A stretch of DNA of 32,000 bases from Mycobacterium tuberculosis H37Rv (lineage in GTDB: Bacteria > Actinomycetota > Actinomycetes > Mycobacteriales > Mycobacteriaceae). The notes beneath the pieces were generated by a model, which saw only the letters and a program-made list of their open reading frames with translations, had not been told where the DNA came from and did not search any database. Shown in pieces: positions 21,063-31,152 of the stretch (position 1 is the first letter of the stretch; each line of letters begins with the position of its first letter). Location of the stretch: contig NC_000962.3 of the NCBI RefSeq assembly GCF_000195955.2, positions 4,230,001 to 4,262,000 of the forward strand, in the 5' to 3' direction. Made by a program: the position numbers and the translations under genes.

Positions 21063-21084
21063 ACCTATGCAATAGGGTCGCGGC

Positions 21085-22866
21085 ATGCCCGAGTACGACC
21101 TAGAGGCCGTGGACAAGCTGCCCTTCTCGACCCCTGAAAAGGCGCAGCGCTACCAAACGGAAAACTATCGCGGGGCCATGGGCCTCAACTGGTACCTCAC
21201 GGATCCGACCCTGCAGTTCATCATGGCCTATTACCTACGACCCGATGAATTGGCGTTCGCAGAACCCCATCTGACCCGCATTGGTGAGCTGACGGGGGGG
21301 CCAGTGACGCGTTGGGCCGAGGAAACCGACCGCAACCCCCCGCGGCTCGAACGCTACGACCGGTGGGGGCATGACATCAGCCGGGTAGTGCTGCCGGAAT
21401 CGTTCATCCAATCCAAGCGCGCCGTCATCGAGGCGCGACAAGCCGTGCGCGACGACGCGGCACGGGCCGGCGTCAAGCCGTCGCTGGCACTCTTCGCCGC
21501 CGACTATCTGCTCAACCAGGCCGATATCGGTATGGCTTGCGCGCTCGCCACTGGCGGCAACATGGTCCGGTCGCTGGTGACTGCCTACGCGCCACCCGAT
21601 GTGCGCGAATTCGTCCTAGGCAAACTCAATTCCGGCGAGTGGGACGGCGAGGCCGCGCAGCTGCTGACGGAGCGTGCGGGCGGCTCCGATCTGGGAGCTC
21701 TGGAGACGACGGCCACCCGCAGCGGCGACGTGTGGCTGCTGAACGGCTTCAAGTGGTTTGCGTCCAACTGCGCCGGGGAGGCGTTCGTGGTGTTGGCCAA
21801 GCCCGAGGGGGCGCCTGACTCGACTCGAGGTGTGGCCACCTTCCTCGTGCTACGGACGCGCCGTGACGGTTCCCGCAACGGCGTGCGTATCCGTCGGCTG
21901 AAGGACAAGCTCGGCACCCGCTCTGTCGCCTCCGGTGAAATCGAGTTCGTCGACGCCGAAGCCTTTCTGTTGTCCGGCGAACCGAGCGCTGACGCGGGCC
22001 CGTCCGACGGCAAGGGACTCACCCGCATGATGGAGCTGACCAACAGATTGCGGTTGGGCACCGCCTCGTTCGCCCTCGGCAACGCGCGCCGCGCGCTGGT
22101 CGAATCGCTGTGCTACGCCGGGCAGCGGCGGGCATTCGGTGGGGCGCTCATCGACAAGCCGCTGATGCGCCGCAAGCTGGCCGAAATGGTCGTTGATGTG
22201 GAAGCCGCGCTGGCGATGGTGTTCGACGGCTTCGGAGCGGCGAACCACCGCCAGCCCAGATGCCTGCCGCAACGTATCGCGGTGCCGGTCACCAAGCTTA
22301 AGACTTGCCGGCTCGGGATCACCGTGGCATCGGATGCGATCGAGATCCACGGCGGCAATGGCTACATCGAGACCTGGCCGGTGGCCCGGTTGCTGCGTGA
22401 CGCGCAAGTCAACACGATCTGGGAGGGCCCCGACAACATCCTGTGTCTGGATGTGCGGCGCGGGATCGAGCAGACGCGCGCTCACGAGACACTGTTGGCG
22501 CGGCTGCGCGATGCGGTGTCGGTGTCCGACGATGACGACACCACGCGGCTGGTCTCGCGCCGCATTGAGGACCTCGACGCGGCGATCACCGCTTGGACCA
22601 AACTCGACAGGCAGCTGGCCGAGGCGCGGCTGTTCCCGCTGGCCCAATTCATGGGCGACGTCTACGCCGGCGCGTTGCTCACCGAGCAGGCCGCCTGGGA
22701 ACGGGCAACCCGCGGCACCGACCGCAAGGCACTCGTCGCCCGCCTGTACGCGCGCCGGTATCTCGCCGACCAAGGCCCGCTGCGCGGTATCGACGCAGAT
22801 TGCGATGAGGCGCTGCAGCGTTTCGACGAACTCGTGGCGGGCGCGTTCACTGCCGAGCAGACGTAA
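21085..22866 (+). CDS. fadE35: Acyl-CoA dehydrogenase, AidB-like subgroup
   Basis: 593 aa; N-terminal NPPRLERYDRWGHDISRVVLP (AidB-like), RLRLGTASFALGNARRALVESLCYAGQRRAFG, EIHGGNGYIETWPVARLLRDAQVNTIWEGPDNI. Confidence 0.93.
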   Translation: MPEYDLEAVDKLPFSTPEKAQRYQTENYRGAMGLNWYLTDPTLQFIMAYYLRPDELAFAEPHLTRIGELTGGPVTRWAEETDRNPPRLERYDRWGHDISRVVLPESFIQSKRAVIEARQAVRDDAARAGVKPSLALFAADYLLNQADIGMACALATGGNMVRSLVTAYAPPDVREFVLGKLNSGEWDGEAAQLLTERAGGSDLGALETTATRSGDVWLLNGFKWFASNCAGEAFVVLAKPEGAPDSTRGVATFLVLRTRRDGSRNGVRIRRLKDKLGTRSVASGEIEFVDAEAFLLSGEPSADAGPSDGKGLTRMMELTNRLRLGTASFALGNARRALVESLCYAGQRRAFGGALIDKPLMRRKLAEMVVDVEAALAMVFDGFGAANHRQPRCLPQRIAVPVTKLKTCRLGITVASDAIEIHGGNGYIETWPVARLLRDAQVNTIWEGPDNILCLDVRRGIEQTRAHETLLARLRDAVSVSDDDDTTRLVSRRIEDLDAAITAWTKLDRQLAEARLFPLAQFMGDVYAGALLTEQAAWERATRGTDRKALVARLYARRYLADQGPLRGIDADCDEALQRFDELVAGAFTAEQT

Positions 22867-22881
22867 AAGCCCCCAATTCGT
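22854..22881 (+). repeat. Left arm of hairpin repeat copy 3, interrupted by IS1557; contains the fadE35 stop codon and one copy of the 8-bp target duplication (22874-22881)
   Basis: CGAGCAGACGTAAAAGCCCCCAATTCGT; complementary to 24342-24370. Confidence 0.93.
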
Positions 22882-24331
22882 GGCTCTTCTGACACTTCCG
22901 TGGGTGAGTTTGTGTCCTGAGTAGGCGCACGTCGTTGTGGCTTAAGGTTTCTGGCTTGTCAAGGATCAGAAACACAAGGAGCCGACAACGACGTGCGCAA
23001 TGTGAGGCTATTTCGTGCGCTGCTGGGTGTCGACAAGCGCACCGTGATTGAGGACATCGAATTCGAGGAGGATGACGCCGGAGACGGTGCGCGGGTGATC
23101 GCCCGGGTGCGGCCACGAAGTGCAGTGTTGCGCCGCTGTGGTCGCTGCGGTCGCAAGGCGTCCTGGTATGACCGCGGTGCGGGCCTGCGCCAATGGCGCA
23201 GTCTGGATTGGGGCACCGTCGAGGTGTTCTTGGAGGCCGAGGCGCCGCGGGTGAACTGCCCCACCCATGGGCCGACGGTGGTGGCGGTGCCGTGGGCGCG
23301 TCATCATGCCGGGCACACGTATGCTTTCGATGACACGGTGGCCTGGCTGGCGGTGGCGTGTTCGAAGACCGCGGTGTGCGAGTTGATGCGGATCGCCTGG
23401 CGCACCGTCGGGGCGATCGTGGCCCGGGTCTGGGCCGACACCGAAAAGCGCATTGACCGGTTCGCGAACTTGCGCCGCATCGGTATCGATGAGATCTCCT
23501 ACAAGCGCCACCACCGGTACCTGACGGTGGTCGTCGATCACGACAGCGGCCGGTTGGTGTGGGCCGCCCCGGGCCACGACAAGGCCACCCTGGGCTTGTT
23601 CTTCGATGCCCTGGGCGCTGAGCGGGCCGCCCAGATTACTCACGTTTCGGCCGATGCCGCGGACTGGATCGCTGACGTGGTCACCGAGCGCTGCCCGGAT
23701 GCGATTCAATGCGCCGATCCGTTTCATGTGGTGGCCTGGGCCACCGAGGCGCTCGACGTCGAGCGGCGCCGAGCCTGGAACGACGCACGGGCGATCGCGC
23801 GCACCGAACCCAAGTGGGGCCGGGGCCGGCCCGGTAAGAACGCCGCACCACGTCCGGGCCGCGAGCGGGCACGGCGGCTCAAGGGCGCCCGCTACGCGCT
23901 GTGGAAGAACCCCGAGGACCTCACCGAACGCCAAAGCGCCAAACTGGCCTGGATCGCCAAGACCGATCCCCGTCTGTATCGCGCCTACCTGCTCAAAGAG
24001 AGCCTGCGGCATGTGTTTTCGGTCAAGGGCGAGGAAGGTAAACAGGCCCTGGACCGGTGGATCTCCTGGGCCCAGCGCTGTCGCATCCCGGTATTCGTCG
24101 AGCTTGCCGCCCGCATCAAACGCCACCGGGTGGCCATCGACGCCGCCCTCGACCACGGCCTATCCCAAGGCCTGATCGAATCCACCAACACCAAGATCCG
24201 CCTACTGACCCGGATCGCGTTCGGATTCCGCTCACCACAAGCCCTCATCGCCCTAGCCATGCTCACCCTCGCCGGCCACCGCCCCACCCTGCCAGGCCGA
24301 CACAACCACCCACAGATCAGTCAGTAGAGCC
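22882..24331 (+). mobile_element. IS1557-type insertion sequence, ISL3 family, 1450 bp, apparently intact
   Basis: IRL GGCTCTTCTGACACTTCCGTGGGTGAGTTTGTGTC; reverse complement of right end GGCTCTACTGACTGATCTGTGGGTGGTTGTGTC; flanked by the perfect 8-bp duplication CAATTCGT (22874-22881 and 24332-24339); carries a full-length transposase. Confidence 0.93.
22993..24327 (+). CDS. ISL3-family (IS1557) transposase, Rv3798-like
   Basis: 444 aa from GTG 22993; N-terminal zinc-finger-like CGRCGRKASWYD...VNCPTHG and DDE/ISL3 domain (IDEISYKRHHRYLTVVVDHDSGRLVW, DAIQCADPFHVV, STNTKIRLLTRIAFGFRSPQALI). Confidence 0.95.
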   Translation: MRNVRLFRALLGVDKRTVIEDIEFEEDDAGDGARVIARVRPRSAVLRRCGRCGRKASWYDRGAGLRQWRSLDWGTVEVFLEAEAPRVNCPTHGPTVVAVPWARHHAGHTYAFDDTVAWLAVACSKTAVCELMRIAWRTVGAIVARVWADTEKRIDRFANLRRIGIDEISYKRHHRYLTVVVDHDSGRLVWAAPGHDKATLGLFFDALGAERAAQITHVSADAADWIADVVTERCPDAIQCADPFHVVAWATEALDVERRRAWNDARAIARTEPKWGRGRPGKNAAPRPGRERARRLKGARYALWKNPEDLTERQSAKLAWIAKTDPRLYRAYLLKESLRHVFSVKGEEGKQALDRWISWAQRCRIPVFVELAARIKRHRVAIDAALDHGLSQGLIESTNTKIRLLTRIAFGFRSPQALIALAMLTLAGHRPTLPGRHNHPQISQ

Positions 24332-24371
24332 CAATTCGTACCGAATTTGGGGGCTTTTACGTCTGCTCGCG
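24332..24371 (+). repeat. Second copy of the target duplication plus right arm of hairpin repeat copy 3
   Basis: CAATTCGT at 24332-24339, then ACCGAATTTGGGGGCTTTTACGTCTGCTCGCG, complementary to 22854-22880 apart from one bulged T. Confidence 0.93.
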
Positions 24372-24379
24372 CTACCCAG

Positions 24380-25948
24380 CTAGACCGGGATCAGGCCGTG
24401 CTTGCGGCCCACCCGCCACCACAGCTGCTTGTCCCGCAGCAGGTGCATCGACTTGCGCAACAGCAGCCGGGTCTCATGCGGGTCGATGACGGCATCGATG
24501 AACCCGCGCTCGGCGGCGATCCACGGGATCGCCATGTTGAGGTTGTAATTCTCGACGAAGCTCTTCCGGATCGCTTGCGCCTCCGGCGCATTCGGGTCCG
24601 GGAAACGCTTCATCAGCAACTGCGCGGCCCCGTCGGCGCCGATCACCGCGATGCGCGCGGTGGGCCAGGCGAAGTTCAGGTCGGCGGTCAGCTGCTTGGA
24701 CCCCATCACCGCGTAGGCACCGCCGTAGGACTTGCGGATGGTGATCGTCACCTTCGGCACATCAGCCTCGACCACCGCGTACAAGAACCTCCCACCGCGC
24801 TTGATGATCCCGTTCTTTTCCTGTTCCACCCCGGGCAAAAACCCCGGTGTGTCCACGACGAACACCAGCGGGATGTCGAACGCGTCGCTAAACCGGATGA
24901 ACCGTGCGGCCTTGTCGGACGCCTCGTTGTCGATCGCCCCCGACATGTGCATGGGCTGGTTGGCCACCACACCAACGGTCCGCCCGTCCACCCGCGCGTA
25001 GCCGGTGATGATCGCCTGCCCGGCCTGGGCAGCGACGTCGAGGAAGTCGCCGTCGTCGAAGATCCGCAGCAGGACCTCGTGCATGTCGTAGGCCATGTTG
25101 TCCGAGTCCGGCACGATCGAGTCGAGTTCCAGATCGTGGCCGGTGATTTCGGGTTCCAGCCCGGGGTTGACGACCGGCGGTTTGTCGAAGCAGTTGGACG
25201 GCAGAAACGACAGAAAGTCCCGCACGTACTGGTATGCGGCGGCCTCGGACTCCACCACCTGATGGATGTTGCCGTAGCTCGCCTGGTGGTCGGCGCCCCC
25301 CAGCTCGTCGAGGCTGACGTCCTCACCGGTGACGTCCTTGATGACGTCGGGGCCGGTGACGAACATGTAACCCTGGTCGCGCACCGCCACCACCAGATCG
25401 GTCTGGATCGGCGAATACACCGCTCCCCCAGCGCATTTGCCCAAAATGATGGAGATCTGCGGCACCAGCCCACTGAGCAGTTCGTGGCGGCGCCCCAGCT
25501 CGGCGTACCAGGCCAGCGAGGTGACGGCGTCTTGGATGCGGGCGCCGCCGGAGTCGTTGATGCCGACGATCGGGCAGCCGACCATCGCGCACCACTCCAT
25601 CAGCCGGGCCACCTTGCGGCCAAACATCTCCCCGACGGTGCCGCCGAACACGGTTTGGTCGTGCGAGAACACGCCGACCGGCCGGCCGTTGATGAGGCCA
25701 TGTCCGGTGACCACGCCGTCCCCGTAGAGCGCGTTGGGGTCACCGGGGGTGCGGCACAGCGCTCCGATCTCCATGAAGCTACCCGGATCGACCAGCTCGT
25801 AGATGCGGGCGCGGGCACTCGGGATGCCCTTCTTGTCGCGCTTGGCGGCGGCCTTCTCACCGCCGGGTTCCTTGGCCAACTCCAGGCGTTCGCGCAGCTC
25901 CGCCAGCTTCTCGGCGGTGGTATGCAGAACCGGCTCGGTGACGGTCAC
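24380..25948 (-). CDS. accD4: Acyl-CoA carboxylase carboxyltransferase (beta) subunit
   Basis: 522 aa; [88 protein letters not shown]; starts GTG and overlaps the pks13 stop (GTGA). Confidence 0.96.
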   Translation of the reverse strand: MTVTEPVLHTTAEKLAELRERLELAKEPGGEKAAAKRDKKGIPSARARIYELVDPGSFMEIGALCRTPGDPNALYGDGVVTGHGLINGRPVGVFSHDQTVFGGTVGEMFGRKVARLMEWCAMVGCPIVGINDSGGARIQDAVTSLAWYAELGRRHELLSGLVPQISIILGKCAGGAVYSPIQTDLVVAVRDQGYMFVTGPDVIKDVTGEDVSLDELGGADHQASYGNIHQVVESEAAAYQYVRDFLSFLPSNCFDKPPVVNPGLEPEITGHDLELDSIVPDSDNMAYDMHEVLLRIFDDGDFLDVAAQAGQAIITGYARVDGRTVGVVANQPMHMSGAIDNEASDKAARFIRFSDAFDIPLVFVVDTPGFLPGVEQEKNGIIKRGGRFLYAVVEADVPKVTITIRKSYGGAYAVMGSKQLTADLNFAWPTARIAVIGADGAAQLLMKRFPDPNAPEAQAIRKSFVENYNLNMAIPWIAAERGFIDAVIDPHETRLLLRKSMHLLRDKQLWWRVGRKHGLIPV

Positions 25949-28900
25949 TGCTTGCCTACCTCACTTGTTCGATCGGCCTCGATCTGCCCCAACGCGCGGC
26001 TCATGTGTTCGCCCACCTTGGCGATGATCGGCTCGTCGATGGCCTGAATGTGCTCGCCACCGATCGGCACCACCTCGAGGTCGGAAACGTACTCGCCCCA
26101 CCCGCCGTCCGGCTGGCGCACGGCGTAGCGGGGCTCGAACATGATCGCGTCGTCATGGTAGCGATCGGCCATGTAGAGGGTGACATGCCCGTCGTACGGC
26201 TGGATCTGGGCGGTGTCGATCGCCCGGTTGTCCAGATACGACGTGCGTTGGTGTTCGATGATCCCGGCCGGGATCTGCACACCGGACTGGCTGACGGCGT
26301 CCAGCACGAACCGGACCTGGCCCTCGTCGTCGAGCTCCTCGAGCTGCTCGTACGGGATCGCCGGGATGGTCACGTTGAACGTCTTCTCGGCGAAGGCGGC
26401 GTAGCGGTCCCAGCGCTTGCGGATCTCCTCCTTGGTCTGCGGGATCTCCTCACCGGCGCGCACCGCGTCGATCAGCCCGACGAACCGCACGTCCTTGCCC
26501 AGCCGCCGCAAACCGATCGCGCACGCGTAGGCCAGCACACCGCCCAGCGACCAACCCACCAGGACATAGGGCCCGTCGCCCTGCATCTCGATCAGCTTCG
26601 GCACGTACTGCTGTGCACGCTCTTCGATCGACCCCTCGACCCGTTCGAAGCCATACATTGGGGTGTCCGCCGGCAGCCGGCCCAGCAGCGGCTCGTACAC
26701 CACCGTCGAGCCGCCGGCCGGATGAAACACGAACACCGGCACCTTCCCGCCTGCTTCGGGCCGCGCCCGCAGGGTGCGGACGAACCCATCGATCTGCCCG
26801 GCCTCCAAATACGTGCGCACCTTGTCGGCCAGCGCCTCGATGTTCGACGACGTCAGCACGTCCTCGGCGGTGATCGGGCCTTCGGCGCGCTCGGAAAGCC
26901 GCTGCGCAATCTTGGCCGCGGCCTCGTCGTCCAGCCTGGGCAGCTCGTTGAAGATGCCGCCCGGGGACTTGCCGGTGACGATCGCCCAGGTGGCGAAGGT
27001 GACCCGCTCGGCAGCGTCCCGCGGCGGCACGTCGACGTTGAGCGCGGGCCCTGTCGGGTTTGGCTGCTCGCCGTTTTGCGGCGACGGGAGCGCAACCCCG
27101 GCTTCCGAGTCGACCGGCTCGGTCTTGCCCACCTTGCCATGCAGCAATTCGGCCTGGGCCCGCGCGATCTCCTCAGCGGTCTGGGTTTTCTGGTGCTCGT
27201 GCAGCTGCTGCACCTCGTCACGGTGCTCGACCGCGTATTCGATCAGCTTCTCCACGTTGTAGAGGTTGGCGTCGCGCACCGCGGTCAGCTGGATCGGTGG
27301 CAGGTCGAAGTCGTACTCGACGCGGTTTTTGATGCGCACCGCCATCAGCGAGTCCAGGCCAAGCTCGATCAGCGGCACCTCCCACGGCAGGTCCTCGGGC
27401 TCATAGCCCATCGCAGACCCGACAATCAGGCCCAGCCGCTCGGCGATGGTCTCACCGGAATCAGGCGACCATCGGGTCATGCCGGACGGCATGTAACGGG
27501 TGGTCAGGCTGTCCGAAAGCGTCTCGGCGTCCGCGTCTTCGGCGGGCGTTTCCGGCGCGACAGGCGCCCCGTCCGCAACCGCGATCGCCGTCGCCGCACC
27601 CACCGCGGTGGGCAACACCGATTCGGACCCCGCTCGGGACACCAGGGCGTCGTAGACCAGCGTGAAGGACTCGTCGATGCGGGCGTGCACCTGCACCGAG
27701 GCGCCGCCGGGGTGACGGGTCATCGTCGTCACCAGCCGGGCGCCGTCGCCGGGCACCGCGCGCTGCTCGGCGGCGGTCAGTTGCGCGTCCGGAAGCACGT
27801 GGGCGGCGGCGGCCCTGACCAACGCGGCCAAGTCCACATTGCCGTCCCGCGGCGCGTACTCCCAGACGTGCCGCCCATCCGGCAGGGCGACATGGGTGCC
27901 CGGCATGTACGTCGAGCCGTCGCCGGAGAAGTGCGCGGGCAGCCAGTGCTCCTTGCGCTTGAACCGGGTCGGCGGAATGTTCGCGTAATCCTGCGGCCCA
28001 CTGGCGCGGCTAAACAGCGTGCGTATGTCCAGGTCGTGGCCGTACACATACAGCTGCGCCATGGTCGAGACCATCGAGGAGACCTCGTCTTGCTTGCGGG
28101 CCAGCGTCGGGATCAACTGGGCGTCATGCAGCCCGGCATCGGCGGTGGTCAGGGCGACCTGCATCAGCGCCACCGGATTGGGTGCCAGCTCCAGGAAGGT
28201 GGTGTGCCCGCTGTCGACGGCGTTGCGGATGCCGTGGGTGAAGTAGACGGAATGCCGCAGCCCCTTCTTCCAGTATTCGACGTCGTGGATGGGTTCGCCG
28301 CCGGGTTTGATGTAGCGGCCCTCGTGCACCGTCGAGAAGATCCCACACGTCGGGCTCGTCGGCTTGATGCCTTGCAGCTCCGCGGTGAGCTCGCCCAGCA
28401 GCGGGTCCATCTGCGAGGTGTGGCTGGCGCCCTTGGTCGCGAATTTGCGGGCGAACTTGCCCTCGGCCTCGGCGCGGGCAAGGATCGCGTCCACCTGCTC
28501 GGGGGGGCCGCCGATGACCGTCTGGGTGGGCGCGGCGTAGACACACACCTCCAGATCGGGGAAGTCGGAGAACACTTCTCTGATTTCGTCGGCGGAGTAT
28601 TCCACCAGCGCCATCAACCGGATGTACTCGCCGAACAGCATCGCCTCACCCTCGCCCATCAGGTGCGAGCGCGAGCAGATCGCCCGGGTGGCATCCCGCA
28701 GCGACAGCCCGCCGGCGAAGTAGGCCGACGCGGCCTCACCCAGCGACTGGCCGATGACCGCGGCCGGTTTGGCGCCGTGATGGCGCAGCAGCTCACCCAG
28801 CGCGATCTGGATCGCGAAGATGGTGACCTGGGTGGTCTCGATGCCGTAGTCCTGCGCGTCGTCCAGGATCAGCTCCAGCACCGAGTAGCCCAGCTCGTCT

Positions 28901-31146
28901 TGGACCAGGGCGTCGACCTTCTCGATCCACGCCGCGAACACCTCGTTGCGCAGGTACAGGCTCTTGCCCATCTTGCGATGCTGGGCGCCGAATCCGGCGA
29001 GCACCCAGACCGGGCCGGTGGTCACCGGCCCGTCGACGCTGAACACGTTCGGCGCCTGCTTGCCCGCGGCGACCGCGCGCAGGCCCTTGATGGCCTCGTC
29101 GTGGTCGTGGGCCAACACCACCGCGCGGGAACGGCCGTGGTTGCGCCGCGACAACGACCTGCCGATCGATTCCAGCGAGGAGGCCTGGCCTTCCGGGCTT
29201 TGCATCCAGTCCGCCAACTCGGCGGCCGCCGCCTTCTTGCGGGACGTCAGAAACGCCGACACCGCCAACGGGACCAATGGTGCCGTAACCTCTTGGGCCG
29301 CAAGCTCTTCCAACGCGGCTTCCTTGAGCCGCAGCGCCTCCTCGGTGACTCCGGGCAGTTCGGGCTCCGGCTCTTCGGCGACCGCCGAGTCGGTGATGAT
29401 GTTGCCGAACTCGTCGAACCGCAGCGCGTGGCCTGCCAACGTGGGCGCCTCGGCGGGTTCGGCGGCCGCCTTGGGTTCCGGCTCGGGTTCCGGTTCCTTT
29501 TCCACCACGTCACGCGGCAGGACCTCGCGCACCACCACGTGCGCGTTGGCGCCGCCGAAGCCGAAGCTGGACACCCCGGCCAGCGCGTAGCCGCCGTATC
29601 GCGGCCAGTCGGTGGGCGTGGTGATCATCTTCAACCGCATCGCGTCGAAGTCGATGTAGGGGCTGGGGCCGGCGAAGTTGATCGACGGCGGCAGTTTGTC
29701 GTGCTGCAGCGCCAGCACCACCTTGGCCATGCTGGCCGCGCCGGCCGCCGATTCCAGGTGCCCGACGTTGGTTTTCACCGCACCCAGCAGCGCCGGCCGA
29801 TCGGCCGGACGGCCCCTACCGACCACCCGGCCCAGCGCCTCGGCCTCGATTGGGTCGCCGAGGATGGTGCCGGTGCCGTGCGCCTCGATGTAGTCGACGG
29901 TGCGCGGATCGATGCCGGCGTCCTTGTAGGCCCGGCGCAGCACGTCGGCCTGCGCGTCCTGGTTGGGTGCGATCAGGCCGTTGGACCGGCCGTCGTGGTT
30001 GACCGCGCTGCCGGCGATCACGGCCAGGATCGCGTCGCCGTCGCGGCGGGCGTCGTCGACCCGCTTGAGCACCAGCATGCCGCCGCCTTCGGAGCGGGTG
30101 TAGCCGTCGGCGTCGGCTGAGAACGACTTGATCCGGCCGTCGGGCGCCAGCACCGCACCGATCTCGTCGAAACCCAGGGTGACCATCGGTGTGATCAACG
30201 CGTTCACCCCGCCGGCGACCACTACGTCGGCCTCGCCGTTGCGCAGCGCCTGCACCCCCTGGTGGATGGCCACCAGCGAACTCGAGCACGCGGTGTCAAT
30301 GGTGACCGACGGTCCGTGGAAGTCGTAGAAGTAGGACACCCGGTTGGCGATGATCGAGCTGCTGGTGCCGGTGATCGCATACGGGTGCGCGACCGTCGGG
30401 TCCGACACCGCCAGGAAGCTGTAGTCGTTGGTGGAGCTGCCGATGTACACACCGACGGCCTGGCCGCGCAGGCTCGACGCCGGGATGCGGGCGTGCTCGA
30501 GCGCCTCCCAGGTCAGCTCCAGCGCCATCCGCTGCTGCGGGTCGATGTTGTCGGCTTCGGTCTTGGCCACCGCGAAGAACTCCGAATCGAAGCCCTTGAT
30601 GTCCTTCAGGTAGCCGCCCCGGGTGCGGGCCCCGGCGACCCGCGCGGCCAGCCGCGGCTCTTCGAGGAATTCCGACCAGCGCCCGTCGGGCAGGTCGGTG
30701 ATCCCGTCGCGGCCTTCCAGCAGCGCCTGCCAGGTCTGCTCGGGGGTGTTCATCTCGCCCGGGAAGCGGGTGGACAAGCCCACGATCGCGATGTCGACGC
30801 GCTCGGCCGGGCCGGTGCGCGACCAGTCTTCGGCGTCATCGCCCGCTAGGTCGGTCTCCGGCTCGCCCTCGATGATCCGGGTGGCCAGCGATTCGATGGT
30901 CGGATGCGCGAACGCCACCGCGACCGACAGCGTGACCCCGGTCAGGTCTTCTATGTCGGCGGCCATCGCGACGGCATCGCGCGACGACAGACCCAGCTCC
31001 ACCATGGGCACCGATTCGTCGATCGAGTCCGGTGCCTTTCCGACGGCCTTACCCACCCAGTTGCGCAGCCACTGGCGCATCTCGGGGACCGTTAGCTCGG
31101 CCCTTTCGGCGGGGGCGTTCTCCTGGGATTCCGCTACGTCAGCCAT
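25945..31146 (-). CDS. pks13: Polyketide synthase Pks13 (ACP-KS-AT-ACP-TE), mycolic acid condensase
   Basis: 1733 aa; N-terminal [14 protein letters not shown] (Ser55), [35 protein letters not shown], second [43 protein letters not shown]. Confidence 0.98.
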   Translation of the reverse strand: MADVAESQENAPAERAELTVPEMRQWLRNWVGKAVGKAPDSIDESVPMVELGLSSRDAVAMAADIEDLTGVTLSVAVAFAHPTIESLATRIIEGEPETDLAGDDAEDWSRTGPAERVDIAIVGLSTRFPGEMNTPEQTWQALLEGRDGITDLPDGRWSEFLEEPRLAARVAGARTRGGYLKDIKGFDSEFFAVAKTEADNIDPQQRMALELTWEALEHARIPASSLRGQAVGVYIGSSTNDYSFLAVSDPTVAHPYAITGTSSSIIANRVSYFYDFHGPSVTIDTACSSSLVAIHQGVQALRNGEADVVVAGGVNALITPMVTLGFDEIGAVLAPDGRIKSFSADADGYTRSEGGGMLVLKRVDDARRDGDAILAVIAGSAVNHDGRSNGLIAPNQDAQADVLRRAYKDAGIDPRTVDYIEAHGTGTILGDPIEAEALGRVVGRGRPADRPALLGAVKTNVGHLESAAGAASMAKVVLALQHDKLPPSINFAGPSPYIDFDAMRLKMITTPTDWPRYGGYALAGVSSFGFGGANAHVVVREVLPRDVVEKEPEPEPEPKAAAEPAEAPTLAGHALRFDEFGNIITDSAVAEEPEPELPGVTEEALRLKEAALEELAAQEVTAPLVPLAVSAFLTSRKKAAAAELADWMQSPEGQASSLESIGRSLSRRNHGRSRAVVLAHDHDEAIKGLRAVAAGKQAPNVFSVDGPVTTGPVWVLAGFGAQHRKMGKSLYLRNEVFAAWIEKVDALVQDELGYSVLELILDDAQDYGIETTQVTIFAIQIALGELLRHHGAKPAAVIGQSLGEAASAYFAGGLSLRDATRAICSRSHLMGEGEAMLFGEYIRLMALVEYSADEIREVFSDFPDLEVCVYAAPTQTVIGGPPEQVDAILARAEAEGKFARKFATKGASHTSQMDPLLGELTAELQGIKPTSPTCGIFSTVHEGRYIKPGGEPIHDVEYWKKGLRHSVYFTHGIRNAVDSGHTTFLELAPNPVALMQVALTTADAGLHDAQLIPTLARKQDEVSSMVSTMAQLYVYGHDLDIRTLFSRASGPQDYANIPPTRFKRKEHWLPAHFSGDGSTYMPGTHVALPDGRHVWEYAPRDGNVDLAALVRAAAAHVLPDAQLTAAEQRAVPGDGARLVTTMTRHPGGASVQVHARIDESFTLVYDALVSRAGSESVLPTAVGAATAIAVADGAPVAPETPAEDADAETLSDSLTTRYMPSGMTRWSPDSGETIAERLGLIVGSAMGYEPEDLPWEVPLIELGLDSLMAVRIKNRVEYDFDLPPIQLTAVRDANLYNVEKLIEYAVEHRDEVQQLHEHQKTQTAEEIARAQAELLHGKVGKTEPVDSEAGVALPSPQNGEQPNPTGPALNVDVPPRDAAERVTFATWAIVTGKSPGGIFNELPRLDDEAAAKIAQRLSERAEGPITAEDVLTSSNIEALADKVRTYLEAGQIDGFVRTLRARPEAGGKVPVFVFHPAGGSTVVYEPLLGRLPADTPMYGFERVEGSIEERAQQYVPKLIEMQGDGPYVLVGWSLGGVLAYACAIGLRRLGKDVRFVGLIDAVRAGEEIPQTKEEIRKRWDRYAAFAEKTFNVTIPAIPYEQLEELDDEGQVRFVLDAVSQSGVQIPAGIIEHQRTSYLDNRAIDTAQIQPYDGHVTLYMADRYHDDAIMFEPRYAVRQPDGGWGEYVSDLEVVPIGGEHIQAIDEPIIAKVGEHMSRALGQIEADRTSEVGKQ

Positions 31147-31152
31147 GGGTCC

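Noticed and set aside
23008-24156. Minus-strand 382-aa ORF antisense to the IS1557 transposase
   Set aside because: No domain motifs; mirrors the GC-rich codon structure of the sense transposase.
26005-30120. Plus-strand 1371-aa ORF antisense to pks13
   Set aside because: Very long but is the complement of a recognisable PKS; low-complexity Arg/Gly/His/Asp-rich translation, no recognisable domain; GC-bias artefact.
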